Below the pieces are notes generated by a model, which saw nothing but the letters and a program-made list of their open reading frames with translations, made no database searches and was not told the DNA's origin. From the NCBI RefSeq assembly GCF_964204645.1, contig NC_134028.1, positions 21,324,345 to 21,388,344 on the forward strand: a DNA stretch of 64,000 bases. The letters are read 5' to 3'. A program made the position numbers and the translations under genes. Positions 46,300-58,756 of the stretch are shown in pieces. The stretch's first letter is position 1. Each line of letters opens with the position of its first letter. The stretch is from Tubulanus polymorphus (lineage: Eukaryota > Animalia > Nemertea).

Positions 46300-49200
46300 T
46301 TTTAATAATCTCATTTCTCTTCATCCCCTTTGAACTTTAAGTATTCATCTAAATTGCAACCATACGCAACTGTATGAATTCCGTCATCAAATATGTATCG
46401 TTTATCATCAAATGGGTTTCAACTAACCCTTTCTATCTCTTCAATAAACATTTGATGGTCTTCAGATCTTAAACATTTCATCTTATTTCATCTTTTTCTA
46501 ACTTTTTTATTAAATATACAATTGATGTAATCTTTAAAATGAATATTTTTTTCAACAACGCTTTTTGTAATACCTTTCAATTTTTTAGATTCATGATTTT
46601 TAGTTTTATAACTATACATTTTAGATAGAATTCCAATGAACTATATCATTTCTTCACCACATAATTCATCCTTAAACTTCCCAGGAACCTTTTTATTTTC
46701 GTAACTAAACAATTCATGATTTTTAGAATAATTACTAAAGTCGAAATGATGTTTTAAAGTTTTTAAATCATCTGTTATATTATTAGTTTTTATCTTTAAT
46801 ATGTCGATATCAAAATATTAGATTTCTATATGCTTTTCTCCAAAATGAGGTTGTAATACGTTATAGTAAAATTCATACATTAATAATTTCGATATTTCTA
46901 AAACTGATGCTCCAACATAAATTGGTTTATTAAATTTCATAGAAGTTCTCATTTTAACTGCAGCTAAATTGTCATCAAATATTAATGTTTGTAAATGTCT
47001 AATTCTTTTACCATTACTAACTAACTCAATATCATTTCTATTTCTAATACAAGTCTTACCATAGAATACATTATTCATTAGTTTGAAAAAATCTTTCTTG
47101 AAATCAGTTTTATCTTTAGTTCTCTGTTTGGTGTTAAAATCTATATATTTTTCGATCCATTTAGATTGACTAAATGAAATATATCTATGTACTTTTTTTA
47201 GAATCATTCCTTGATTCAAAAAAAATTTAAAATTCTATAATGTACTGCATAATTATATTTATCTTCCTGAGTCGCCATTAACTTTTCTGTATGAATATGA
47301 TTTTCAGGTTTAATTCTTTTTTGATAATTTGATAATTCTTCATGTGTTATAGTTTTATGTTCGGGACAGTATGCTAGATTTCTAGATTCAAATTTAATAT
47401 GTTCAGGATATTCCAAGTCTACAACAAAAAAGTAACCAGTATCTGAATTATCTGCAATATCTAGAATTCTTTTCTTCCAATCAAATTTATCAACATTTTC
47501 GTGCTGTAAAATTCATTTTATTTAAAATTGATTTATTTTTTATTATCAGTTATTTGAAATACTCCATAAGGTTGTGGTTCCATCATTGACCAACCATATA
47601 GATTATTTGCATCTATATATAATAACTTATTTCCAGGATGATCATTTACATTGAAATATCTATCACCTAATACACCTGAAACACCTCCTCTTATAGATTT
47701 TTCAAATAATAATAATTGGTTTATATATTTCTATTTCTAATAAATCCATTTTTATATCTGTAAATTTTAAACCACAGTCCCAAGTTAAACCTGGACTAGA
47801 ATAACAGTGGTAAGGACGCGATATCAAAATATTTTATATTTACATCTTTAAACCGTTCAAATATATCAGTTGATAATAATACATCTGATTTTGAATATAA
47901 ATCTACTAATTGTCCATGATTTCTTATTTTGAAATGATTCCAAATATTCAATGTTCTATTATAAACTCCATCTTTAACATATTCCGATCTTAATTCATCA
48001 TATAATTGTTCTTTTAATAATTCAGTTATGTTAAAATCATTATGATTCTTATAAAATGAATATAAAATGGAATTGCTCCTGCAATCTCATTAATTGAAAA
48101 TCATCATTATTTGGATAGTGTTGCTTTAATATTTCTAATTCATCGTCAACTAATGATTTTGATAAATTATCTAATGAACTACTTAAAAATCTATATGAAT
48201 CTATAAATCTTAGACATCCAAATTGGAAAGATATATAATTCTCAGATGTTTAAGCTAACATTTTGAATTAATAAGTTGGTATTTTAACAACATCTTTTGA
48301 TCTATTTGAATTTAATCTTTCTATTTCATTATTGATTTCTTCTATTTTATGACATAGTTGCTTGATGAATAAATGTGCATCATATCCTGATGAATTATGA
48401 AATATAACTGGAACAAAATTGGTTTTCTTAGCTTGTAACTTACAATTCTCATGTGCTGCACCTCTAAATTTACCATTCAAATGATCATGATCTCTTACTT
48501 TTTTATCAGATGAATAGAATACTTGATTACAATAATAACATTTATCTGCAAAATCAAATTCTTCTTTGTCTTGTTCTGTAATTATAATTTCTATATTTGT
48601 ATCTAATAGTTTACTAAACTTCATTTCATATTCAATTAATAAGTCACAAAAATGATTGATAACATTTTCATTTCTATAATGATAATATTCACTTTTAATA
48701 AGTTCTGGATAATCAGATTTTATATTTAATCCAAAAACTGAAGCACTTTGATGAATCTTTTTAATAGTATTTGTTTTTGGTGGTTCTTCTGAAAAATCAT
48801 TTTCATTAGAATTTGATTTCTTTCTTTTATAATAGATTTTTTTTATCTTGATCAGTTAATTCTTTATCTAATGATTCAAAATCTCCATAGATTACAAATG
48901 GTACTTTATTCTTGTAATCATATTTTTTTAATTCTAATATCTTATCTTTTTCATTTGGTTAAATTAATTTACAATAATAATGATTATCACATAATTGTTT
49001 ATGATTTAATAATGCACTTTCATTACTGAATTTAGTTATATATTTTCTACATAGATATATTTTACGAGTATAATCATTTTCTGATTTAAAAAATGAATCA
49101 ATTTGTTTTATCCACATATAACGATTCTCATAATATAATATATCTATAACACCATTTGAATCATAATCTTTTAATAAATACAAAGGTTCTAATGCATAAT

Positions 49201-50330
49201 GTTTAATATCATTACCTTTTATTTGGTAATTTGATTAAATCAAATACATTTATTTTTAGATTATTATCTCTTTCTATTTTTGGAATATTTTTAATTCTAA
49301 CATGATAACTTTCTATCTTATAATTATTTTCAAATGGTATATAATTTGATTTTCTACAAATATTATCAGTTGCAGGATGTAGGGAACTAATAATTGACCA
49401 TAAAAACATATATTATCTTCATTTTCTACATTTATAACAGCATTATTTCTAAATGGTAGTTCAATATAACTTGATGCATTTATATTATCATCTTTATAAT
49501 ATGATAAATTATTTTCATCAATTGGTTTCGATTAAGTTAATTTATTATATTTTGTATTGTACACATGTAACGTCATAAATATTATTTCATCAAATATTAA
49601 ACCAGATCCTTCAAACTATTTCTCATCTAATCTACTTTTTATTTTATTAATTCATTTATCTAATCTATCATCTACATGTTGTTTTGAAATAATATGTTGT
49701 GAATGAGAATTTATATTATATATTGGTTTATCTTCAGATTTCATAAATTTAACTTTAGCAGATATACTAATTTTAGGTTATTCCACGTCTGTAATTATTT
49801 TTATAATATTTTTCATATTTTCCTAAATGCTTTTTATTTTCTTCTTATGATTTGCCTTTATAAAATTTAAACTCGATAGCAGCTGGTACAATATCACTTT
49901 TAAATGCTTCGGTTATATCCATATCTTTTTTAACAACTAATGAATTAATATAATTTCTAACATCATCCATGTATGGTCTTTTATTGTTTAATTTATTTTT
50001 TATTCTTTTAATCGTGCTTTGTTTCTTATCATTATCTTTGGCAAAATAATCTACACCTAAAATATCATTGTTAATATTTCTAATTTGATTCTTAGATTTT
50101 AAATGTTGTTCATAATATCTTTTGTTACTAAATGATTGATTACATGTATCACATTTATATATTTCTTTTTCATTCTTTAATTCTTCTAATTTAGTTTCTA
50201 ATATATCATCTTTATATTCTAATTTTAATTTATTTTCTAAGTGAGATTTAGTATCATTATGTCTTGCTTTTTGAGATCTATCTATATTAATTTTACATGT
50301 TGGACGGTAGTACTTATTGTTTGCTTCCAT
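46300..50330 (-). pseudogene. Decayed full-length pPolB, inverted paralogue of 50776-54800
   Basis: Colinear fragments (ORFs 49845, 49212, 48959, 48268, 47216, 46818) with many stops and frameshifts. Confidence 0.92.
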
Positions 50331-50340
50331 TTATTATATA

Positions 50341-50693
50341 AGTAATAGGGATAATAGGCTTTCAGATCAAAGGTCGAACGGTCGAGCTCATTAAAAAACA
50401 AAAAACATAAAAATAATAACAATTTCTACTTGAATTACTCGCAAAACTCATAAAAATGAACAATAATTCTCGCACACTCGAATTTATTTTTCATTTTCTA
50501 CTCGCTAGAAGAAAGTGTGAGTAAAGTGTGAGTGAAATAATTCATAAATCATTGAATATTTATATGCGTTGGGTTCATTTTTATGAGTTTTGCGAGTAAT
50601 TCAAGTAGAAATTGTTATTATTTTTATGTTTTTTGTTTTTTAATGAGCTCGATCATTAAACCTTTAACCCGAAAGCCTATTATCCCTATTACT
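50341..50693. repeat. Inverted repeat between the divergent pPolB copies
   Basis: Perfect 80-bp arms at 50382-50461 and 50573-50652 with a 111-bp spacer, plus perfect 23-bp arms at 50341-50363 and 50671-50693. Confidence 0.92.
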
Positions 50694-50775
50694 CTTAAAA
50701 TATTCACATATATATGAATAACATTTAAATCATTGAACTTCTAAAATCAATTTTAATAAAAAATTTAGTATTAAA

Positions 50776-53700
50776 ATGGAAGCAAATAAATACTACTGCC
50801 CAACATGTAATATCGATATAGACAAGTCTCAAAAAGCAAGACACAATAAAACTATAACACATTTAGAGAATAAATTGAAACTAGAGTATAAGGATGATAT
50901 ATTAGAAACTAAATTAGAAGAATTAAAGAATGAAAAAGAAACACATAAATGTGATACATGTAATCAATCATTCAGTGATAAAAGATATTATAAAGAACAT
51001 TTAAAATCTAAAAGTCATATTAGAAATAAGAATAATGATATTTTAGGTGAAGATTATTTGATAATGATAACGATAAGAAACAGAAAACAATTAAAAGAAT
51101 AAAAAATAAATTAAACAATAAAAGACCATACATGGAAGATGTAAAAAATTATATTAATTCATTAGATAATAAAAAAGATATAGAGATAACCGAAGCATTT
51201 AAAAGTGATATTGGTCCAGCAGCTATCGAGTTTAAATTTCATAAAGGTAAAACATTAGAAGAAAATAAAAAACATTTAGAAAATATGAAAGAAATAATAA
51301 AAATAATTACAGATGTTGAATATCCTAAAATTAGTATATCTTCTAAAGTAAAGTTTATAAAATCTGAAGATAAACCAATATATAATATAAATTCTCATTC
51401 ACAACATATTATATCTAAACAACATATAGATGATAAATTAGATAAATGTTATAATGAAGTAAAAACTAAAATAGAAGAGAAATATTTTGAAGGATCTGGT
51501 TTAATATTTGATGAAATAATATTTATAACTTTACATGTTTATAACACAAAATATAATAAGTTAACTAAATCAAAACCAATTGATGAAAATAATTTATCAT
51601 ATTATAAAGAACCTGATATTGAAGCATCAAGTTATATTAAACTACCATTTAAAACTAATGCTGTAATAAATGTACAAAATTTTGATGATAAATGTTTACT
51701 ATGGACTATAATAAGTTGTTTACATCCTGCAACTTATAATATTTGTAGATTAACTCATTATAAACCATTTGAAAATAATTATAAGATAGATAAGTATCCT
51801 GTTAGAATTAAAAATATTCCAAAAATAGAAAGAGATAATAATTTAAAGATAAATGTATTTGATTTAATCAAATTACCAAATACAAAAGGAAATAATATTA
51901 AACATTATACATTAGAACCTTTATACCTATCAAAAGATTATGATTCAAATGATGTTATAGATATATTATATTATGAGAATCATTACATGTGGATTAAACA
52001 AATAGATTTATTTTTCAAATCAGAAAATGATCACCATAATAAAATATATCTATGTAGAAAATGTTTACATAAATTTAGTAATGAAAGTACATTATCAAAT
52101 CATAAACAACTATGTGATAATCATGATTATTGTAAATTAGTTTTACCAAATGAAAAAGATAAAATATTAGAATTCAAAAAATATGATTACAAAAATAAAG
52201 TACCATTTGTAATATATGGAGATTTTGAATCATTAAATAAAGAATTAACAGATAAAGATAGAAAAGATATATATTATAAAAGAAAGAAATTAAATTCTAA
52301 TGAAAGTGATTATTCAGAAGAACCACCAAAAGCAAATACTATTAAAAAGATTCATCAATCAGCTGCTGCTTTCGGGTTATATATAAAATCTGATTATCCA
52401 GAACTAATTGAAAGTGAATATTATCAATATAGAAATGAAAATGTTATCAATCATTTTTGTGACTTATTAATTGAATATGAAATAAGATTTAATGAAAAGT
52501 TAAATAAGAATATAGAAATAATTATGACAGAAGAAGATAAAGAAGCATTTGCGTTTGCAGGTAAATGTTATTATTGTGAAAAGACATTTAATTATAAAGA
52601 TAAAAAAGTAAGAGACCATAATCATTTGAATGGTAAATTTAGAGGTGCAGCACATGAGAATTGTAACTTACAAGCTAAGAAAATTAATTTTGTACCAGTT
52701 ATATTTCATAATCTATCAGGATATGATGCACATTTATTTATCAAACAGCTATGTTATAAAATAGAAGAAATCAATAATGAAATAGAAATATTAAATTCAA
52801 ATAGATCAAAAGATAAAATACCAACTTATAAATTTAAAATGTTAGCTAAAACATCTGAGAATTATATATCATTCCAATTTGGTTGTCTAAGATTTATAGA
52901 TTCATATAAATTTTTAAATAGTTCATTAGATAATTTATCAAAAAGTTTAGTTGATGATGAATTAAAGATATTAAAAGAATATTACCCAAATTATGATGAT
53001 TTTAAATTAATGAGATATAAAGGAGCAATTCCATATTCTTTCTATAAAAATCATAATGATTTTAAAATAACTGAATTATTGAAAGAACAATTCTATGATG
53101 AATTAAAAAATGAATATGTTAAAGATGAAGTTTATAATAGAACATTGAATATTTGGAATCATTTCAAAATAGAAAATCATGGACAATTAGTAGATTTATA
53201 TTTAAAATCAGATGTATTATTATTAACCGATATATTCGAAAGGTTTAGAGATGTAAACCTAAAATATTTTAATATTGATCCTTGTCATTGTTATTCATCA
53301 CCAGGATTAACATGGGATTGTGGATTAAAATTTACAGATATAAAAATGGATTTGTTAACAAATATAGATCAATTACTATTATTTGAAAAATCTATAAGAG
53401 GAGGTGTTTCAGGTGTATTGGGTGATAGATATTTCAATGTAAATGATAATCCTGGATATAAATTATTATACATAGATGCAAATAATCTTTATGGTTGGGC
53501 AATGATGGAACCACAACCTTATGGGATGTTTGAAATAACTGAAGTTTTACAAATTGATAAATTTGATTGGAAGAAAAGAATCCTAGATATTGCAGATGAT
53601 TCAGATATTGGTTACTTCTTTGTTGTAGATTTAGAATATCCTGAAAATATTAAATTCAAATCTAGAAATCTAGCATATTGTCCCGAACATAAAACTGTTA

Positions 53701-54800
53701 AACATGAAGAATTATCAAATTATCAAAAAAGAATTAAACCCGATAATCATATTCATACTGAAAAGTTAATGGTAACTCAAGAAGATAAATATAATTACGT
53801 TGTGCATTATAGAATGTTGAAGTTTTATTTGAATCAAGGAATGATATTAAAAAAAGTACATAGATATATTTCATTCAATCAATCGAAGTGGTTAGAAAAA
53901 TATATAGATTTTAACACCAAACAGAGAACTGAAGCAAAAACTGATTTTGAAAAAGATTTTTTTAAGTTAATGAACAATGCGTTCTATGGTAAGACTTGTG
54001 AAAATATTAGAAATCGAAATGATATTGAGTTAGTTAGTAATGGTAAAAGGATAAGGCATTTACAATCATATCCTAAGTTTATAGGTAACAGAATATTCGA
54101 TGAAAATTTAGCAGCAGTTAAAATGAGAAGAACAAGTATGAAATTCAATAAACCAATCTATGTTGGTGCATCAGTTTTAGAATTATCAAAATTACTAATG
54201 TATGAATTCTATTATAATATATTACAACCTCATTTTGGAGAAAAAAATATAGAAATATTATATTTTGATACAGATTCTTACATATTAAAGATAAAAACTG
54301 ATAACATAACAGATGATTTAAAAATATTAAAACACCATTTTGATTTCAGTAACTATCCAAAAAATCATGAATTGTTTAGCAATGATAATAAAAAAGTTCC
54401 TGGGAAGTTTAAGGATGAATTAGGTGGTGAAGAAATGATAGAGTTCATTGGTATTAGATCTAAAATGTATAGTTATAAAACTAAAGAACATGAAGCTAAA
54501 AAGTTAAAAGGAATAACCAAAAGTGTAGTAGAAAAGAATATTCATTTTAAAGATTACATCAATTGTATATTCAAAGAAGAAGTTAGAAAACATAAAATGA
54601 AATGTTTAAGATCTGAAGATCATGAAATGTTTATTGAAGAGATAGAGAAGATAAGTCTAAACCCATTTGATGATAAAAGATATATTTTAGATGATGGAAT
54701 CCACACAGTCGCCTATGGTTGCAATTTAGATGAATATATAAAATTCAAAAGAGAAGAAACAAAAGAAAATGAGATAATGAAAAGGATTCTAACGTGTTAA
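50776..54800 (+). CDS. polB: Protein-primed family B DNA polymerase with N-terminal zinc fingers and EndoVII-like insert; one frameshift near 51058
   Basis: YGDFES, VRDHNHLNGKFRGAAHENCN, FHNLSGYD, YIDANNLYG, KLMNNAFYGKT, YFDTDS; the inverted copy (ORF 49845) reads through the frameshift position. Confidence 0.95.
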
Positions 54801-54828
54801 TAAATTTCAATAAAAATTTGTATAATAA

Positions 54829-55153
54829 ATGGAGAGTAAACAAGTACACAGTGAATTCTTAGATAGAATTAAAGATACCACAAATGTAAAATCTGTAGAT
54901 TATAAATTCAAAAAGTTAACAGAATTAACAATTCACAAGAAATATTTAATTACAAATATTGTTACAGTTACTAACAAATATGGAGATAAATTAGTAATTC
55001 ATTTAGAATATGAAGGATTAAAAGGAAACTTATTTACCAGATAGATTTCATAGATTATCAAGTGAAGATCTAGAAGAATTATGTTCTGGAGATTTCTATT
55101 TCGTATACAAAGGTAAGAATGAAAAAGGACACCATGAAATAGATTTCGAATAA
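54829..55153 (+). CDS. Small conserved protein (possible OB-fold), frameshift near 55022
   Basis: FKKLTEL..KYLIT..TNKYGDKLVIHL continues in another frame as ETYLPDRF..FVYKGK..IDFE*. Confidence 0.55.
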
Positions 55154-55170
55154 GAAAATATGTAAAATAA

Positions 55171-55929
55171 ATGGCGGAATTAAAAGAATACAGAATATTT
55201 GTTGATTCTAGAAAACTTACAAATTATAAATCACATAATTTATTAGTACAATTAGATAGAGAATTTAAGAATTGTGTAGATTTAAAATTAGTAAATATAA
55301 GTTTATGTAATTCTTTTTACAATGTATCGGATAAAACTCTTGAACATAGAGTCTTTTTAATTCATATTAGAAATATAAATAAATGGTTTCATCTATTTTT
55401 AAAACCAGGGTTATATAATTTAGAAACATTAGCCCAAGAAATTAATCGGAGAGCACGATTAAAACTTGGAAGTGAATATAAGTTTTTAATTAGATTTATA
55501 AAAAGTGATAGTTCTGATAAAATTAAAATAAAGTTAGATGATGAAAGTCAACATGCATTTATGGTAAGGAAACCTTTAGCTAAACTGTTAGGAATTAAAC
55601 CACAAACTGTTACAGGAAACGTAGATGGTAATTCAAATATAATTCCTTTTACACACCTTTATATTTATTGCAATTTAATCGATCCTACAAAAACATTTGA
55701 AGCTACTAAAGATATAACTTGTAATTCTAGTATACTAAATATTTTACCAATAAAAAATGTTAAACAATTTGGAACTCAAATAAATTATAATTTAACTGAA
55801 TGTGATTTTAAACCTTGCATTCCTAAATTTAATAATTTTAAATTAGAAATAAGAAATCATAATGGATACTTAATTGATTTAAATAACTTTCCTGTGATAT
55901 ATGAATTAGTTATAAGATGTAAAGAGTAA
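55171..55929 (+). CDS. Minor capsid (penton)-like protein
   Basis: IFVDSR..NSFYNV..PGLYN..LYIYCNLID..LEIRNHNGYLIDLNNFPV, a single jelly-roll-type pattern. Confidence 0.7.
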   Translation: MAELKEYRIFVDSRKLTNYKSHNLLVQLDREFKNCVDLKLVNISLCNSFYNVSDKTLEHRVFLIHIRNINKWFHLFLKPGLYNLETLAQEINRRARLKLGSEYKFLIRFIKSDSSDKIKIKLDDESQHAFMVRKPLAKLLGIKPQTVTGNVDGNSNIIPFTHLYIYCNLIDPTKTFEATKDITCNSSILNILPIKNVKQFGTQINYNLTECDFKPCIPKFNNFKLEIRNHNGYLIDLNNFPVIYELVIRCKE

Positions 55930-55945
55930 TTTTTTCATTATATAA

Positions 55946-56305
55946 ATGAATATAACTGTTGGACCGAGTATATGTTTTGGATTTGATTTTAAACGTGAGA
56001 AAGAAATGAAATTTAACATGAATGATGTAATTACACATATAAAAAATGTTGTATTTTCTAATGAAACAACATTTGAGTATGAAACAACAATAGATAAAGA
56101 AACTTTAAATGTAGAAAAGATTACTAATTTAATTAGAGAATCTTTAAGATTTTATGAATTAGATGAAGATTTTATCATCGATGATATTAAAAAAATAATA
56201 ATTGAAATATATGATAATCATAAAACTAGTAATAAAATAAATGTTGAAATAATCATAAATAAGATAACTAAATATTTTGATGATAGTAATTTTTTTGATA
56301 AATAA
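55946..56305 (+). CDS. Hypothetical protein
   Basis: Open ORF in the packed gene array with the T-tract/TAAATG start motif. Confidence 0.6.
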   Translation: MNITVGPSICFGFDFKREKEMKFNMNDVITHIKNVVFSNETTFEYETTIDKETLNVEKITNLIRESLRFYELDEDFIIDDIKKIIIEIYDNHKTSNKINVEIIINKITKYFDDSNFFDK

Positions 56306-56527
56306 ATGAGTGATAATAAGTGGATAATAACTGGATTATATAATGGCGCATTACTATCAGTTGGAACTGTTGGTTATTCAATGGTATTAAAAAAAGTATT
56401 CAAAATGGGAAGTGTTAATGTTGATAGATTTGATATAAATGATATTTTAAAGTTAACATTAGCAGTTACTTTATCTAATTTAACTATTGATTATTTGGAA
56501 AAACAAAAATATATTCCTCCCATATAA
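56306..56527 (+). CDS. Small hydrophobic protein
   Basis: Two hydrophobic helices; TAAATG start overlaps the upstream stop. Confidence 0.7.
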   Translation: MSDNKWIITGLYNGALLSVGTVGYSMVLKKVFKMGSVNVDRFDINDILKLTLAVTLSNLTIDYLEKQKYIPPI

Positions 56528-56551
56528 ATGCATAATTTTTTTGTTAAATAA

Positions 56552-56974
56552 ATGGCTTCTGCAATTATAACTATTATAGGATCAGCAATTGTTAACGCTT
56601 TAGCATTTACTGGTGGTGGATATTTATTTAAACATATTGATAAAAATGGATCATTAACAGAACAAAAAAGACATAATTTAGCGTTAGAGAAATATAATAA
56701 AGATGCAGAAGAATATAGAGAAAAGAGGCAAAACTATATGGATTACATCAATAAAGAATTATATGATCAGAAGATTTCACATAGAGATTTTCAATCAGTT
56801 GATGATGCAATGAGTTTATATAACGCGGTAACAAATAAAGAAAAATTACATCTATACAAACCTAAATTATCATATTATTATACCCCAAGTAAAGAACAAC
56901 AGAAATATGAAATAATATGGATTTTAGGTGGAACTGTTATTGTTATATTTGTTGCTTATAAGTTTACTAATTAG
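56552..56974 (+). CDS. Membrane protein with hydrophobic ends and a central coiled coil
   Basis: MASAIITIIGSAIVNALAFTGGGYLF..EQKRHNLALEK..IIWILGGTVIVIFVAY. Confidence 0.75.
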   Translation: MASAIITIIGSAIVNALAFTGGGYLFKHIDKNGSLTEQKRHNLALEKYNKDAEEYREKRQNYMDYINKELYDQKISHRDFQSVDDAMSLYNAVTNKEKLHLYKPKLSYYYTPSKEQQKYEIIWILGGTVIVIFVAYKFTN

Positions 56975-56993
56975 TAATTTTTTTGCTAAATAA

Positions 56994-57422
56994 ATGGAAG
57001 ATAAAGTTGATAGTATTGATATTATTCCTCATGATATAAATAAAACTAAATTAAAAACATATTTAGAAAAACAAATATTAGAATTTGAAAGTGACTTAAA
57101 GATAAAAAAGAAAAAATATATAAAAAGTAAAATTATATATTATCTTATTATTAGTGGTTCGGTTACAATTAGTTCTGTAATAACATTTCTAGCAATATTT
57201 AGTCCATTAACACCTTTAGCTATATCAATTGGTGTATTAGGATTAAGTTCAAGTGTTTTAACTGGTATAAGTTCAAAATTAAATATAAAAAGTAATAAAG
57301 AAAAAATTAAAACAAAAGAAATTAATAAATTAAAGAACACACTAGATTATATAATAAGTTTAAATGGTCATATAACAGTTGAAGAACAAGATAAATTATT
57401 AAAAGAATTAATAAATTATTAA
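56994..57422 (+). CDS. Two-transmembrane-segment protein
   Basis: IIYYLIISGSVTISSVITFLAIF and LAISIGVLGLSSSVLTGI. Confidence 0.7.
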   Translation: MEDKVDSIDIIPHDINKTKLKTYLEKQILEFESDLKIKKKKYIKSKIIYYLIISGSVTISSVITFLAIFSPLTPLAISIGVLGLSSSVLTGISSKLNIKSNKEKIKTKEINKLKNTLDYIISLNGHITVEEQDKLLKELINY

Positions 57423-57438
57423 TTTTTTAATTATATAA

Positions 57439-58740
57439 ATGGGGTTTCCAAAAGCTTTCCAATATAATAAATCAATTAAATATAATATTCCAGCAATAGA
57501 TTTTAAGAAAAATATTACATATAAAAATATAGTTTTAAATTCATTAACTAATTTAGAAATTTATGTTAATGAATCACAGTTTTTTATTTCTAAAATGGAA
57601 AATATATTTAATACATATGAAGTTACTTTTACTCGAGATGAATATCATATATATAAAGTAAAATCTAATATGAAATATTGGCAGAATCAATTAAATTTTG
57701 CTGTTTATTGTGCAACAACAGGATGTGGAATAAGTTGGAATGATCATTTAAATAACTTAGATAAAAATTTGAAGTATTCTGATTTAAAATTAATTCACAC
57801 AATATTTAGATTTCACACATATTTTCAAATCAGAATAATATTAAATGAATTAGAATGTCCTTTACCCGGGTCTAAATATTTTAAAGAATTGGATAATAAT
57901 ATTAATATATCCAAGTTTTATAAAATATGTAATGAATTTAATATAAATATTAATTCCGATTTTAGAGCGCATGGTAAATTGCAAGGTGTTGGTGAAGAGT
58001 TTGAAATAAAAAGAATTGATTATATGCATAGAATTTCAGCTTATCATAATTATAAAATTGATAATAATAATGGTTGGGTTAATTTCATTTTAGAAAATGG
58101 TGAAGGTTTTACAAAATCAGGTATACAAAGAATAAATCAATCTATTAGAATTTATTTGATATGTATTCTAGGCGCCCAAGTTGAAACAAGATCACCGATA
58201 ATTGGAAATGATAACACTTCATTCGATGCGCAGAAACAGTTTAAAGTTTTATTTGAAGATTCCATACATGATGATAAAAATAGATCGATTCCAGAAAACA
58301 TTATAAGATATCAAAATTATTTAGATAAATCTCATGTAAGACTTAATTATTGTATAGGCCCTAATCTATTAATTATTTCTAATGATTTAGTATTAAAGAT
58401 GGGAAATATAATTGGTTATAATAATCTAATTAAAACTGCAACAATAAATAATTCATTTGGGTTAAATGATATAAATAAAAAGATTATTACTGCTCCAAAA
58501 TTAATGGAAGGTGAAAAAAATAAAAAACACATTCAATCAACTGAAACTAAAACTAAGAATATTAAATTAAATAATGATTCTAAAATAAAAGATTACAATA
58601 CATCAGAAAATAATAGAACTGATATTATTCAACATGATATAATTAAAACTAATGATGATAATAAATCCCATGAAAATACTAAATTAGCTATAACTTGTAT
58701 AGGAATTGTAATAGGAGGAATATTATATTTTAAATTTTAA
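57439..58740 (+). CDS. Hypothetical 433-aa protein with C-terminal membrane anchor
   Basis: WQNQLNFAVYCATTGCGIS motif; ends LAITCIGIVIGGILYFKF. Confidence 0.75.
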   Translation: MGFPKAFQYNKSIKYNIPAIDFKKNITYKNIVLNSLTNLEIYVNESQFFISKMENIFNTYEVTFTRDEYHIYKVKSNMKYWQNQLNFAVYCATTGCGISWNDHLNNLDKNLKYSDLKLIHTIFRFHTYFQIRIILNELECPLPGSKYFKELDNNINISKFYKICNEFNININSDFRAHGKLQGVGEEFEIKRIDYMHRISAYHNYKIDNNNGWVNFILENGEGFTKSGIQRINQSIRIYLICILGAQVETRSPIIGNDNTSFDAQKQFKVLFEDSIHDDKNRSIPENIIRYQNYLDKSHVRLNYCIGPNLLIISNDLVLKMGNIIGYNNLIKTATINNSFGLNDINKKIITAPKLMEGEKNKKHIQSTETKTKNIKLNNDSKIKDYNTSENNRTDIIQHDIIKTNDDNKSHENTKLAITCIGIVIGGILYFKF

Positions 58741-58756
58741 TTTTTTTATTATGTAA

